Part shown: in pieces, positions 25,862 to 40,800 of the stretch
How the letters are laid out: every line of letters starts with the position of its first letter
Position numbering within the stretch: position 1 is the stretch's first letter
Assembly (NCBI GenBank): GCA_002269645.1
Contig: NIVC01003334.1
Span: forward strand, 1 to 64,000
Length of the DNA stretch: 64,000 bases
Source: Macrostomum lignano
Lineage: Eukaryota
Direction: 5' to 3'
Notes under the pieces: generated by a model
Databases searched by the model: none
Told to the model about the DNA's origin: nothing
The model's input: the letters and a program-made list of their open reading frames with translations, nothing else
Program-made: the position numbers and the translations under genes

Positions 25862-28800
25862 TTAGCCCTTTCCGCCAAGAGAAATTCTGGGATCTTTGCT
25901 GCGAATGTGCTTCTGCTGATGCGGATGCTGTTGTTGCTGCTGCTGTTGCTGCTGCTGCAGGTCAGTGCTGGCTGCGGCAGCGGCAGCCAGATGCTGATAC
26001 AGCGGGTAGATCTCGCCAGCCGGACAGACCAAGCGGCCGTGAAATTCTGGCCGCCGACCGGAAGTGGCCGAACGTACTCGGTCCTCGTACCAGTCTTGCA
26101 CAGACTGATTAGATCGAACTGGCGCAGGTGGTGGCGCAGCAGCGCCGCTAGCAACTCGAGACCGCTTACTGACTGGTTCGGTGGCGCTGAGCTGCTGCTG
26201 CTGAGAGTCAGAGTCCAGCTGCTGCAGCCGGATATTGTCTAGGAAATTCAGGCCAGTGGGCTGCGAGCTTAGCGGCTCCGGCGGACGAAACCTTCGCAGA
26301 TAAGTGAGCACCTGACGAATAAATTGGCGTCAGTTGACGTACAATATTGCTGACAGATTAGTGGTTAAAGGTACTTTTAATTATACTCACTAATAATCAT
26401 TTCTAATAACTAACAAGCATTAGTAATCTAGCTTGGTGGATGTGTACACTTTAAGCGACATTGTCACACAACCGGCGAGAGGCATTGCTGCCCATTCTGC
26501 CGACTCCCCTGAGCAGGCACACAAGCGCGCGGATACGTACGCAGTCATACGCACAGGCACGCACTCACACAGGAGTGTGCAACAGCCTTAACTTTATTTA
26601 TCGTTAGGCATGTACACTTCACTGCGCCTTGGGGGTTGGTCCTCAAGACCGTTAATTGCACGATCAGAGCCAAGCCGAGACTCTCCAAATTAATGTGACT
26701 GCACTGGGAATCGAGCCTGGGCCGCTGGCGCACCAGAGCGCCGCGTCACAAATAATCATTCTTAATCAGCAATAATCAACCCTAGCACCCGCCAATAGTT
26801 GGCACTACCAGCCTCAAAGCGGATTCACGCGCAGACCTGGGCATGGCCATCGGACACCAGTGCATAGCGGCACAGCATGGAATCCAATTCCATAAACAGC
26901 AGCCGGTACAGATCCTCCCGCCTCGCCGATCTGAGACTCCGATTGCTAACAGTAATAGGCTCGCCGCGAACTTCCATATCAAGAAACTTCTTCACCAGAT
27001 TCTCGCACGCTTTAATCTCTTCATCGTCAAGAGATTCTTCGCTTAATAGGCTGAGCAGCGACTTGGCTGAACTGCTAGCCGACAGCAGAACGCTATCGTT
27101 GATAGTCAACGGCCAGTACAGAGTGCTCCGTTCCAGGTGTCGGACAGCTCTCACCCTGGGCAGGGTGGGATAGTCCCCAGTCTCCCTAGCCGGAAACAAT
27201 CTACTACGCTTCATCACGTCGCGAAAATCGCTAGTCCTATAGTCTGTCAGCTTGATAGGGCAGCCGGCCGTGGGCAGGCAGCGGGACTCGGCAGCTGGCG
27301 GCAGCTCTTCTAGAAGCGGCTTGCCCGGCTCCAGCACGTGCAGGTAAATATCCCCAGCATGGCTAGCCAGCATGTGGGTGACGCGACGGGTATTGCTGCT
27401 ACTATTAGTAGTAGCGCCGGGCGACTGTTGCTTGGACTCCAGCATGACAAACCGGCTCGGTGGGCCGCGGAGAAAGTTGATCAGGCACACGGAGTGACGC
27501 GCGGTCACGTCGGCCGCGGTGACCCGGCAAACTCTGGCGCAGTTCAACAGGTCCACCTGGAAATAATCCCAGAGTCAGTGACACTTTTATCTGCCAAATC
27601 CTGTGTCAGTGACATTTTGAACTCCCAAATCCTATGTGTCAGTGACATTTTGATCTCCCAAATCCTATGTGTCAGTGACATTTTGATCTCCCAAATCCTA
27701 TGTGTCAGTGACATTTTGATCTCCCAAATCCTATGTGTCAGTGACATTTTGATCTCCCAATTCCCAGAGTCAGTGACATTTTAAGCTCCCAAATTCCAGA
27801 GTCGGGAAATGCCATCTTTGAAATCCCATAGTGACAAATCACCAGAAATCCCATAGTGACAAATCCACAGAAATCCCACAGTGACAAATCCACAGAAATC
27901 CCACAGTGACAAATCCACAGAAATCCCATAGTGACAAATCCACAGAAATCCCATAGTGACAAATCCACAGAAATCCCATAGTGACAAATCACCAGAAATC
28001 CCATAGTGACAAATCCCCAGAAGTCCCATAGTGACAAATCCACAGAAATCCCATAGTTACAAATCCACAGAAATCTCACAGTGACAAATCCACAGAAATC
28101 CCATAGTGACAAATCCCCAGAAATCCCATAGTTACAAATCCACAGAAATCTCAGTGACAAATCCACAGAAATCTCACAGTGACAAATCCACAGAAATCCC
28201 ATAGTGACAAATCCACAGAAATCCCATAGTTACAAATCCACAGAAATCTCACAGTGACAAATCCACAGAAATCTCACAGTGACAAATCCACAGAAATCTC
28301 ACAGTGACAAATCCACAGAAATCTCACAGTGACAAATCCACAGAAATCTCACAGTGACAAATCCACAGAAATCTCACAGTGACAAATCCACAGAAATCTC
28401 ACAGTGACAAATCCACAGAAATCTCACAGTGACAAATCCACAGAAATCCCATAGTGATAATCAGCAAACTCCATATTCTAGAACAGTGAATCAACTAACC
28501 GACTGATTCTTTGGCGTCAGCCATTTCAGCCCGAAACTCTCCGGAAAGATAAGATGCTCTCCAGCCAGAGCCATAGATGAGAAGCTGCCCATAGCAACGT
28601 AATCAGCATGCGCTGACGCTTCGTGCAACAATTCTACATCGTAGTTCCGATTAGACTGCTGCTGACCAGCCGCGGGTGTCTCCTCTTTCATTGGAATGTC
28701 CTGTACGCAGGTGGAAGCCAGATTATAATGCTGCCGAGTTAAATTGACAAGGCCGCGAGCCAGAGACTCGCCAGCCTGACAATTGTGCACTGACAGTCGG

Positions 28801-31474
28801 AGCAGATCCCCAAATCGGACGCTGTCCCGTTCTGTCACTCGAGGTTCTGTGCCCAACGGCCTGACGCACACTAGCACCAGGTGACAGTGGTGCACCTGAG
28901 TGAATGGTTGCAGTGAAATTATGATTGAGACTTGTTACTAATAGTAGTAGAAAATCCAAATATACAAAATAACATACTATTTACCGTACAAGAGCTGAAG
29001 GGGCGGTTCTTAGGGACGAATTTAGGGGGCGATTCTTAGGGAGGAGTTTAGGGGCGATTCTTAGGGGGAGTTTAGGGGCGATTCTTAGGGGGGGAGTTTA
29101 GGGGCGATTCTTAGGGGGGAGTTTAGGGGCGATTATTAGGGGGGAGTTTAGGGGCGATTATTAGGGCGGAGTTTAGGGGCGATTATTAGGGGGGAGTTTA
29201 GGGGCGATTCTTAGGGCGAGTTTAGGGGCGATTCTTAGGGGGAGTTTAGGGGCGATTCTTAGGGACGAATTTAGGGGGCGATTCTTAGGGGGGAGTTTAG
29301 GGGCGATTATTAGGGGGGAGTTTAGGGGCGATTCTTAGGGACGAATTTAGGGGGCGATTCTTAGGGGGGAGTTTAGGGGCGATTCTTAGGGGGGAGTTTA
29401 GGGGCGATTATTAGGGGGGAGTTTAGGGGCGATTATTAGGGGGGAGTTTAGGGGCGATTATTAGGGCGGAGTTTAGGGGCGATTATTAGGGGGGAGTTTA
29501 GGGGCGATTCTTAGGGCGAGTTTAGGGGCGATTCTTGGGGGGAGTTTAGGGGCGATTCTTAGGGACGAATTTAGGGGGCGATTCTTAGGGAGGAGTTTAG
29601 GGGCGATTCTTAGGGGGGAGTTTAGGGGCGATTCTTAGGGGGGAGTTTAGGGGCGATTCTTAGGGACGAGTTTAGGGGCGATTATTAGGGCGGAGTTTAG
29701 GGGCGATTCTTAGGGGGAGTTTAGGGGCGATTCTTAGGGGGAGTTTAGGGGCGATTCTTAGGGGGGGGGGAGTTTAAAGCGATTCTTAGGGGGGAGTTTA
29801 AAGCGATTCTTATGGGGGAGTTTAAAGCGATTCTTAAGGGGGGTGGAGTTTAAAGCGATTCTTAGGGGGATTCTTAGGGGAGAGTTTAGGGCGATTCTTA
29901 GGAGGGAGTTTAGGGGCGATTCTTAGGGACGAGTTTAGGGGAAATTCATAGGGAGTTTAGGTGCGATTCTTAGCAACGATTACGATGTAAAACCAGTTTA
30001 AACAAATCAAATAGGGCAAACCTGAAATTCCGAATAGTTATTAGCCAACTTTGCAGCATTTCGAGTTTTTGTCTCTTTAACAAAGCTCAACGCGAAATCG
30101 TTTACAGCCTCGTCGGAATCAAAATGGGTCAGGAATACAACACGGGCTCGATTCCTGAGCTGATTTGGCTTGTCTAGCAGAGCGGCCTGTTTTGTAGTTA
30201 GATACATCAGCATGGTCAGGCACTCGGATATGGCACCGTTTAGACTGAGACTACTGTCAACAGGAGCACCTTCGTCGCGAAACACTTTTAACAGTTGGTC
30301 GTAGATCTGAAAATTTTTGTTAGAATTGTTCCAGTATGAAGAAATCGTCTGATCCTCACACTGGGAACTGATGACTGAGGGATGTGACTTTTCTCAGACA
30401 CTGGGATCTGATGACAGGATTGTGACTCTTCTCAGCCCTAACACTGGGATCTGATGACTGAGGGTTGTGACTCTTCTCAGTACTGACACTGGGATCTGAT
30501 GACTGAGGGTTGTGACTCTCAGTCCTGACATAGGGATCTGATGACTGAGGGTTGTGACTCTCAGTCCTGACATAGGGATCTGATGACTGAGGGTTGTGAC
30601 TCTCAGTCCTGACATAGGGATCTGATGACTGAGGGTTGTGACTCTCAGTCCTGACATAGGGATCTGATGACTGAGGGTTGTGACTCTCAGTCCTGACATA
30701 GGGATCTGATGACTGAGGGTTGTGACTCTCAGTCCTGACATAGGGATCTGATGACTAAGGGTTGTGACTCTGAGTACTGACACTGGGAACTGATGACTGA
30801 GGGTTGTGACTATTAGTCCTGACATAGGGATCTGATGACTAAGGGTTGTGACTCTGAGTACTGACACTGGGAACTGATGACTGAGGGTTGTGACTATCAG
30901 TCCTGACATAGGGATCTGATGACTAAGGGTTGTGACTCTGAGTACTGACACTGGGAACTGATGACTGAGGGTTGTGACTCTTCTCAGTACTGACACTGGG
31001 ATCTGATGACTGAGGGTTGTGACTCTCAGTCCTGACATAGGGATCTGATGACTGAGGGTTGTGACTCAGTCCTGACATAGGGATCTGATGACTAAGGGTT
31101 GTGACTCTCGAAGCCAGGAATGCAGGCTTTAAAATCCTACTAAGTCCAGGTTAACTCACCTGATCCTCGCTAAACCAAGCTGTTAGAACCCTGGCCTCAT
31201 CGTCCGCTGACACTAATGAGAAAACTTTCTCATCGCACGGGAACAGGTCGAGCACAATCCGGCAATACTCTAGCACAGCCTCCACGGCGCAAGTCCATAA
31301 TGTTTTAGAGAATAATTGGATTCTATTACCAGCGGCCGCATGCTTGCTGCCTCCGATACTGTCCAAGTTGATCATCTCGTTACTAGACATGTTGAATGAC
31401 TGACTGTGATCAATCACAATGACAGTCTTGTGATTAACTGGGAACATGCGCTCCCATTGCTCCTCTTGAGTCAT
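25862..31474 (-). CDS. INTS13: Integrator complex subunit 13 (Asunder), about 721 aa
   Basis: Exons 31160-31474 (HKTVIVIDH, KTLWTCAVEAVLEYCRI), 30022-30306, 28500-28895 (LASTCVQDIPMKEE, NYDVELLH), 26837-27556 (SVCLINFLRG, HMLASHAGDIYLHVL), 25862-26311 (RRPEFHGRL..LYQHL). The sum is 2166 nt, in frame. The true start may be the downstream ATG of MFPVNHK. Confidence 0.92.
26560..26745 (-). mobile_element. Possible different tRNA-derived SINE in the last INTS13 intron
   Basis: B-box-like GGCTCGATTCCC on the minus strand near 26705-26720. The A box is unclear. Confidence 0.35.
27570..28460. repeat. Compound minisatellite (33-bp, then 25-bp units) filling INTS13 intron 3
   Basis: GTCAGTGACATTTTGATCTCCCAAATCCTATGT, then GTGACAAATCCACAGAAATC(C/T)CA(T/C)A. 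Confidence 0.92.
29000..29975. repeat. G-rich about 25-bp minisatellite with two TTAGGG motifs per unit, INTS13 intron 2
   Basis: GGGGCGATTCTTAGGGGGAGTTTA units with variable G runs. Confidence 0.92.
30350..31110. repeat. 42-bp minisatellite filling INTS13 intron 1
   Basis: TCTCAGTCCTGACATAGGGATCTGATGACTGAGGGTTGTGAC units. Confidence 0.95.
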
Positions 31475-31589
31475 TTTTATATTAATTAAAAAATAACAAG
31501 TGAGAGGGGGCAGAAAATGAAAGAAAAATAGTGTTAACTAAATTCTAAACTAAAATGCTTATGTTAAATAAAGTACCTAAATTGGGCCC

Positions 31590-31850
31590 AATGTGCTACT
31601 GACAGCTCAGATGCAGCTATAGCGTGGCGCATCTGAAGGCTGCATACGGCTGTTCAGTCCAATGACTGGGGGTCGCCACACACACCCTCAATTACCCCAG
31701 CTAAAGCTGGCACCCATTTTACAGCTGGGTGAACTGAAGTAATGCAGAATTAAGTGGCTTGATTAAGAACACAAATTGCTCCAAGTAGGTCAATAACCAA
31801 ACATCTGACCTCCAATCATAAGACTGATGCTTTAACCACTAGGCTATAAC
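31590..31850 (-). mobile_element. Second, longer copy of the CORE-like SINE
   Basis: The reverse complement reads TAGCCTAGTGGTTAAAGC..CAGTTCACCCAGCTGTAAAATGGGTG..AGCTGGGGTA.TTGAGGGTGTGTGT..CGACCCCC, colinear with 19163-19335, plus a 3' tail. Confidence 0.75.
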
Positions 31851-34356
31851 TTTTAGAGGATAAACTATACATGATGCTATAAACATATCTAGCTTGTAAA
31901 TCCCAGTGTCACAATATATGCCATGGTATATGCCAATACTAGCTATAAGGCTTGTATACACCAGAAACTCTCTTGGTATTTTAACATGATTGGCAATTTG
32001 GTTTAATCATAAAATGTTTTTTTAATTAAAAATTGTAACAAGACTATAAAGCAAATATTATTAATGTACTTTATTAAGGCCAAGCTCAAATAGTATATAT
32101 TGATTTTGAGTATTAACTTTCTGTCTACTAGCAGACAAAACAACTTTTTTTCTGGTGGAAAAATAAGATTAAGGTTCTAGTTCCATAGTCCTAGCCTATT
32201 AGGTGGACTTAAATGAATTAAGAAAACAATTTATTATAAAGTAATTGTATAAATGACATTATTAATCTTTGCAAACATTTATAAATAACATAATAAATAT
32301 TTTAGTGTGCAATCAAAGCACAACTTAAATAGCATGCATTAGAAAAATAATTTTAAGGATAATCTATACAGTTTCTATGTCTTAATATACACTAGATTAA
32401 GAGATTATTATAACAAATTTGACCAAATTTATGCACTAAAATATCAATATACCTAATGATTATATGCCAAATGCATCAAGCACTCTTAGCTAATTCCATT
32501 TTTTGTACCAAAGAAGAGCTACCTGGTCCACGACACTCAGCTTAACAAATGTTATAAAGTTTCTACCTAAAGCTAGTAGTCAACTGATGATTTATTTATC
32601 AGTCAAATAATGAATGAATGAATTAGTTAATTAATTATTTATATTATCATTAACTACACACTAATATCAGCATATTTTCATAGCAACTTGATTGCAAAAT
32701 CAGCCAATATAAGTCCACAGATATAGTATGAATTACATCACTTGGGACTGAAATCTAAGGAAAGTTGACCACTGGTTTTGGGGTAGAAACTTTTATATAT
32801 TGTTGAGTATATTTGTAAATAATAAGGAATAAGTAGACTTTTTTGAATATAATGGCTATATACCCCAATCTTATAATAATTTTATTAATACATCTTTTAA
32901 CAAAATACTGTTGGACAAAATTTTATATCAAAATGCCTTTAATGCAAAATGCAAAATTATTCTTATGACACTGTAGCAGGTAGAGATAAGAACTGCCTTA
33001 ATAGTAACAACAAAAGCTAAGCTATAAACATATAAATTACACCTATACTTCAATTACCTTTAGTTATTTTTTTAACTCATTATCAAAATATAATAAGATA
33101 TCTATATTTTATCAAAAACAAGAACAATTAAACTTATTTAAATGAGTTTAAGCCTATATGAATGAATTCCTATTTGGTTGATAGATAGTACAAACAATGG
33201 TAGATTGTGTAGCACACTTATATTTGGCCATTATCTTAGTCCCTTACCTACTATGCAATGTCATTGTCTATAAAACACATAAAGGCCATTATTTCAGCAT
33301 AGCAGTCTGGCAGCCATTATTTTAGTTGCTAGAAATGGTCATTATTTCACACTTTTTATCATGCTTTAATTAGCTATTTTGAGAGTTATTTTACCCATAG
33401 ACGACTGAGATGTGAGTTTTAGTTTGACCATAGACAACACTGTGATGAGTGCTGATTTCATTTGCATCTTGCAAGAAATCAGGAAAGCAGGTAGTATGAG
33501 GAAAAGCTTTTTGTCTTGTCAAACAACTATGGCTAGTGCATCTTTTCAAACAGCACCGCTTATTAATTGGAAAAATCTTCCTGTCAATGACTGAACAAAC
33601 TGTGTGACCTATGCTTCAGTGGAGATAAGACAAGCGATGCAGGTGAAGCATGGTAAGTATAATATATCAACATTGTAAATAAATTAGTGGCTATACTAAT
33701 GGTTATATAGAAACTGTGAATTTCTACATTGTCCATTAATCTTCAGGTTGAATAGATTCAGAACATTCAGTTTGCTTCTTTGAGAATTGCCACTTCAAGG
33801 ATTGCATGTTCAGTTTTAATGAACAACTTCTGATAAACAGTCCATGACTATTGTATTGTTTTTATGCTTAATGTGTACATTTTCCACTGTTTATTAGCTA
33901 AAATGTCTTGACTATCCCTTTTTCAGTGTATTCTAGAATGCCATGTAGACTGTTTGCGATTATTCCCTTATGTTAATTAATAAATGCATAGTTAACTAAT
34001 TGTCTATGGTTCAAATGCCTGCTAAAGCTGAAATAATGGCTAGTTGAGTTTGTCATTAAGCCAGGCTGTCTTAAAGACAATGAATTTACTACAAGGGACA
34101 ATCAAAAAGTTCTGTCACTGCTTAATTTTTTCTGCATGTGGGGCTTCTTTTGAATTGATTTTAGTTCTTACCATAGATACATTATATCTCCTACTTAGGC
34201 ATAAAGTTTTAAAGTTACTTTTGCTTAGCTCAAGAATTTATAACATTTTTTCTTCACTACCCCTGAGCAATTATGCCCTTTTCAAGCAAAGCCATACATG
34301 CTATCATCCATTATGAGTAGAGGTATGGCATAGCAGCAAAGAAAATTGAAGCTTGT

Positions 34357-35345
34357 TTGTCAAAGCAACATGGAGAGTCTGTACCATTATATTGCACCAT
34401 TATCCACTGGATTCATAGTTTTGAAGGAGGCAAAAGTGACTTCAAAGACAAACCTTGGAGTGGCAAACCTAGGACCTCTACCAGTCAGAGTGTCATCAAT
34501 AGTATCGAGAGCCTCCTTGACGAGGACAGGCAAGTGACTATTGCTCAGATAGCAGGGGCCTGTGGTATCAGTTATGGCAGTGTGCAGTCCATCCTAATGG
34601 TCCAGCTGGGAATGTCAAAGGTTTGTGCCAGATGGGTGCCAAAACTCCTGACTGCAGAGATGCAGTGCAATTGGATGCAAACATGTCAACACCTGCTCCA
34701 CCTGATGCAGCACCACCAAGATGAGTTTCTTGACTCTATTATGATGGGGATGAGTCAATGTTCTCCATGTACAAGCTGGAGACTAAAGCTCAAAGCATAC
34801 AGTAGAAGTGCCCCAATGAACCCACTCCAATGCCAAGACAATGCCATTGATGAAAAAGCAGATGGACACTATCTTCTGAGATTGGCAATGGGTGCTGCTG
34901 ATTGAGTGGCTGCCTAAGAAGTGGATGCTCATAGAAGACTCTTACATTGCCACATTGCACTAGCTAAAGCCTAAAGGAAACAATCAAGGAGAAGAGGTGT
35001 GGCAAGGTCACCAGGGGTATCTAGTTACTCCATGACAATGTGTCAGCACACACCTGTCACAAGGCACAGGTTGCCATTCACAAGCTAGGGTTCAAACAGC
35101 TCTCATTCTGCTCACAGCTCATTTACCAGACCTGGCCCTATCGGACTTTGGCTGTTCGCCTGTTTCTGGTGCTATAGAACTTGCTGCAAGGCTGCCATTA
35201 GGCTTCTGTGACTATATTGACATCCTTGGTAAACTAGTTGTGCAAATACCATGGTGAAGACTAGACTAGTATACTATGGGCATCTAGAAGCTACTAGAGT
35301 GCTTGGCTAAATGTGTTACTATGTGGGAACTTTGTTGAAAAAGTG
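34357..35345 (+). pseudogene. Decayed mariner (Tc1/mariner) transposase
   Basis: HTH region, KVCARWVPKLLT (WVPHEL-like), LLHDNVSAH near 35025 and PDLALSDF (YSPDLAP-like) near 35127. Multiple stops and frameshifts. TIRs not found. Confidence 0.85.
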
Positions 35346-37870
35346 CAAGATGATTAACAGTCCCATATTTGTTTGCTTTGTTTCTAGTTAACAAAGTTAT
35401 AGAGGATTACTATCAGTAGGGTAGAGCTGCCACCACTATAATTATCATATTATGGAATGGAACCAATTAGTCTCAGCTTCCTTTGAGATGAAAACTGTTT
35501 GGTTATTTTACACCTTGCAGGCAAAGAACTCAAGATAGTCTATGGGCTTGATTAATTAATTGATAAAGATAAATGTGGTTAATTATTAATATTATTGGCT
35601 GAATATTAGGCTAGGGCTTATAAATGGTTGAGCAGGCAGATAAATAAAATAATTTTAGATGACTGACAAAAATGAGGCTAGCAAAGCCGAGCTGTGCACT
35701 AAGACTGGATAAGTTGCGGCGTGGACAGAAAAATTAAAACAACGTAACGATACAGACCTAAAGGGGAGAACATTGCACTTGTCAAAATGGCAGCAGCGTT
35801 TAAGGCAATCGTATAAATATTGTTATAAACTAAATTTTCAACAGACGGGGCACGGGGCAAGGCTTGAACGGCGCACCGGGCAAGGGGTGGGCAGAACGTC
35901 GGACAGGAGCATAATTCACACAGAAATAATGTTGAAAAATTAAGTAGCCATGCAAGAGCGGGGAAACAAACGGACCACAGGTGGGAAAATAGAGAAAACA
36001 AAACTGGGACGGACGGAGACGGGTCAACGGCCGGAATGATGACGTGATAAGCAAGGGTCGAAAAAAAAATTCCGAGGGTTGGAGCGCGTAATGATTTCGC
36101 AGAAAAAATTAAGTTCTCTAAAAAAGATTAACAGAAAATAAATGATCAAGGTGGCAACCCGGCTGCCACAAAAGCTTTTATAGTTTGACCGTGAACATTC
36201 AACTCGAAATAGACGGTGTGCACAATTTAAAATATATTGTGTGTTTAAACAAAACTTTTTAGTTTTCAAGATATGCTATAACATTTTAAAAGAACAGTTC
36301 TTTATCTGAAAGCAACTTTTGAGGTAAACCTTTTATTTATGGCTCAAAAAACTGTCAGCAAACCTCTTTTCCGTTATATTGTATTGATTGATCAATATTT
36401 GTACATGTACTATTTTTTTCTTTCATTCAGTGTCTGCTTCTTTTAATTCCCTATATAATCGTACTCGTCGTTTAGTTCGTTCGCAGTATCAGACGCCCTT
36501 TCAAATACTTACAAGGCTATTTGCCTGAGCAAAACTTGCTACTACTTCTACCACGTACTACTACATGGAACATAAACTTTAGCAAAGCGTAGAGTAATAT
36601 TAAAGACCAAAAATGGAGCTATAGCTAATTGAGATTGCTAGCAATAACTCTACATGCCCGAGCTGAGCTCCTGCCTGTTTGAGGCTCCCATTAAATATTC
36701 CAGTTGGGATTTAGGACGATCAAATAAGTACTTCAAGCAGGACAGTGGTCCTTGACGTCAAGTTGCATCGCTATACGAGTATGTTCCATCAGCATCAGCA
36801 AATCAAGTCTTGTCCTTGTGAGTACAAGACGTACAAGTATATCGAATATGCTTAGAAAGTCTGTCATGAAGACATTACCACATTAACACACGGATAAAAT
36901 ATAACGTGTTGCTATATACATGTATTACGTACATGCACTTCTAGGCGTGAAACAGTGCAAAAGTAAATACTCATTTGTTTTATTGCATCCTTTGCTCTTT
37001 TTGTTAAAATAATCAATAAAATGTTAAGGCTAAACATTTAACGCATAAGTAATAGAGGGTTAATATGATGTAAGCCAAAGCTGGTAAAAGCTGATAAGAT
37101 AGGAATTATAAACAAGCTGTGAAAAAATACAGCACAAAATGAGAAAATTTCAAGCGCTAGTTGTGACTGAGATAAAAATAATAAATAAGTACATGTACAA
37201 TATAGTGAAAAGGCGATGTTACCAGAAAAAAAAGTAAAAAATCGGGATTTTGGCTGAATTTAGACTAGATAAAGAAGTCTTCGTGATATTCTGCACTGAA
37301 TGGCCGTACTGGAATAATTTCATACAGAATCTCTACCGAGTAAAGTGTAAAAAATGCTTTGGCAAACTTCTAAGTTGAAAAAACACAACAGCAAATTGCA
37401 ATAGAAAGCGGGCATTACAAGTGTACAAAGACTACTAACATTTCTGTGTTCATATAGACGTGGAATTTCATAATAGACAAGAGATGCCTTGTTACAAAAT
37501 TGACTAATAGGCAGCAATTGTAATAAAAAGAATGCTAGATTAGAACAAAAAAATAATCCACTTCTCATTTTATAAATCTGCCAGTTTTAATGAGAAATAA
37601 TGAGCAACAGGGTTTAGTGTCCAGGTTACTGTTAGATTGACTATTGGTAAACCTCACAGGGAACAAATAGGCAACAGAATTAAGACACAAGATTACACAA
37701 GTCCATGAACAGTAAACAGCTATTCCTACGGTTAAGGTGATTTTCTCAAGGTAACGTACAAATGTGCCTTTATCTGCTAGCGAGTCATTAAAGATCTTCC
37801 CTGGTGTAAAAGTATAGTAATTAATCGAAACAAGTAATATTTCTCATTTTAAACTTGAACACAATTGAGT

Positions 37871-40800
37871 CTACTGCACCATCCGCCGCTGCCTCAACTC
37901 AGAACATCTGTTTAAACCTGACGTACATTTCACAGCTGTTGGCTCCCTGCTGTTTGACTGTCGATCCTCCAAGACTGCGCTGAGTCTTGCAGCAGATGCT
38001 AGTCATAATAAAGTACAAATTTATGGCTGTTATTACATCGCTTGAAGGTCACGACCCCAGATCAAGGCATCGATTCAAGGTCATAACCCCAGATCAAGAC
38101 ATCATTTCAAGGTCATAACCCAAGATCAAGGCATTATTTGAAGGTCACGACCCAAGATCAAGGCATTATTTCAATGTCACGACCCAAGATCAAGACATCA
38201 TTTCAAGGTCACAACTCCAGATCAAGGCATCATTTCAAGGTCACAACCCCAGATCAAGGCATCATTTCAAGGTCACAAACCAAGATCAAGTCATCATTTG
38301 TAGGTCACAACCCAAGATCAAGGCATTATTTCAAGGTCACAACCCAAGATCAAGGCATCATTTCAAGGTCACAACCCCAGATAAAGGCATCATTTCAAGG
38401 TCACAACCCAAGATCAAGGCATCATGGTAAGACCACGCCACGGAATGGCTCTGATGAAAGTTCTCAGATGAAAGAATATTGGGTATTACTAAGATCTCGA
38501 CCCCAGAGGATGGTACATCATCAAGGCCAGCACACCATTACCAAAACAGTTTGTATCAACCTGAATTCAAAGGAATAAAAGAAATGCATCTCAAATCTTA
38601 CGCTTATTATCTTGTCCAATAGATCTAGTTAGACATCGTTCATGACTGACCACCTGTTGAACGTCGGTGTGCGTTTCTAAGAATTGGCGAGCCTTCCTAA
38701 CGTGAAACGTAATAAAATTCCACATTAGGTAGCCTTGCAGTAAACACACCACAGCCAAACAATTCAGCCTGAAAATTGGAAATATGATTAGTAATTTAAA
38801 CTAGTATATCTGATAGAATAATTTCTAAGTAAATGTTGGATCTGGGACGTTAAGTGGCACTGCGACCTCGAGGGCATTCTAGAATCTACTGCCTTCCAGC
38901 CTCCACCCTCATAAAACTAGGAATCTGCGACCCTGAAGCGTACCAGAGTCGCTCTTTATGAATTAGAATCACAACTCCATTTAGTCTACTTAAGTTAGTA
39001 GAAAGTTAAGCGCAAACAAAATGACTCTTCAGCGATTTTTGTCACAACATTTTCAACGCGTCACATACTACTCACCGTATAAACTTAGTGTTGAAATTGC
39101 CCTCTCGAATAGAAATCCGATCGCGAGAGTTCTTCTCCAGACCCAGAGCAAACGTGAGGCCGGCCAGCGCTACGGAGAACAGGCGGACAGCTACAAATAC
39201 CAGATCCCACAGGGCGAAGCCATACCAAGCTTCTGAACGCCTGCCAGCTAAGCGCAGTAATCTTGAACAATGAAATATGATTTCAGCTAGATAGTGCAGC
39301 ACTAGCAGCACTACTGCGATGCGATTCAGGTTTAACAGGTAGGCTCCCGCAATGCATAACAGATTTATGGCGTAGCGCTGGGCGCGCTCGGGCATTTCAG
39401 ATGGGCTGACGCGCTGAGGATTAATTTGAGATGGTTGAGTCATTTGGATTGGTTTCGAAGTTTTATATGGTAGATTACAGCTTAAGCTGGTGGATTTACA
39501 GCCTGAGTTTATGGATTTACAGTATGAGTTGGTGGATTACAGCCTGAGATGGTGGATTACAGCCTGAGATGGTGGATTTACAGTCTGAGGTGGTGGATTA
39601 CAGCCTGAGATGGTGGATTACAGCCTGAGATGGTGGATTTACAGTCTGAGGTGGTGGATTTACAGCCTGGGTGGTGGATTTACATTCTGAGGTGGTGGAT
39701 TTACAGCCTGGGTGGTGGATTTACAGTTTGAGGTGGTGGATTTACAGTCTGAGGTGGTGGATTTACAGTCTGAGGTGGTGGATTTACAGCCTGAGATGGT
39801 GGATTTACAGCCTGGGTGGTGGATTTACAGTCTGAGGTGGTGGATTTACAGTCTGAGGTGGTGGATTTACAGTCTGAGGTGGTGGATTTACAGTCTGAGG
39901 TGGTGGATTTACAGCCTGGGTGGTGGATTTACAGTCTGAGGTGGTGGATTTACAGCCTGGGTGGTGGATTTACAGTCTGAGGTGGTGGATTTACAGTTTA
40001 AGGTGGTGGATTTACAGCCTGGGTGGTGGATTACAACCTGAGATGGTGGATTTACAGTCTGAAATGGTGGATTTACAGTCTGAGGTGGTGGATTTACAGT
40101 CTGAGGTGGTGGATTTACAGTCTGAGGTGGTGGATTTACAGTTTAAGGTGGTGGATTTACAGCCTTGGTGGTGGATTACAGCCTGAGATGGTGGATTTAC
40201 AGTCTGAAATGGTGGATTTACAGTCTGAGGTGGTGGATTTACAGTCTGAGGTGGTGGATTTACAGTTTGAGGTGGTGGATTTACAGCCTGGGTGGTGGAT
40301 TACAGCCTGAGATGGTGGATTTACAGTCTGAGTTGGTGGATTACAGCCTGAGATGGTGGATTACAGCCTGAGGTGGTGGATTTACAGTCTGAGCTGGTGG
40401 ATTTACAGTCTGAGGTGGTGGATTTACAGCCTGGGTGGTGGATTTACATTCTGAGGTGGTGGATTTACAGTCTGAGGTGGTGGATTTACAGTCTGAGGTG
40501 GTGGATTTACAGTTTGAGGTGGTGGATTTACAGTCTGAGGTGGTGGATTTACAGCCTGGGTGGTGGATTTACAGTCTGAGGTGGTGGATTTACAGTTTAA
40601 GGTGGTGGATTTACAGCCTGGGTGGTGGATTACAGCCTGAGATGGTGGATTTACAGTCTGAGGTGGTGGATTTACAGTCTGAGGTGGTGGATTTACATTC
40701 TGAGGTGGTGGATTTACAGTCTGAGGTGGTGGATTTACAGTCTGAGGTGGTGGATTTACAGTTTGAGGTGGTGGATTTACAGCCTGGGTTGGTGGATTAC

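Noticed and set aside
30350-31110. Hammerhead ribozyme array: each unit has CTGATGA followed by a hairpin (CTGAG..CTCAG)
   Set aside because: The required GAAA after stem II is absent (CCTGAC follows), and stems I and III cannot be formed.
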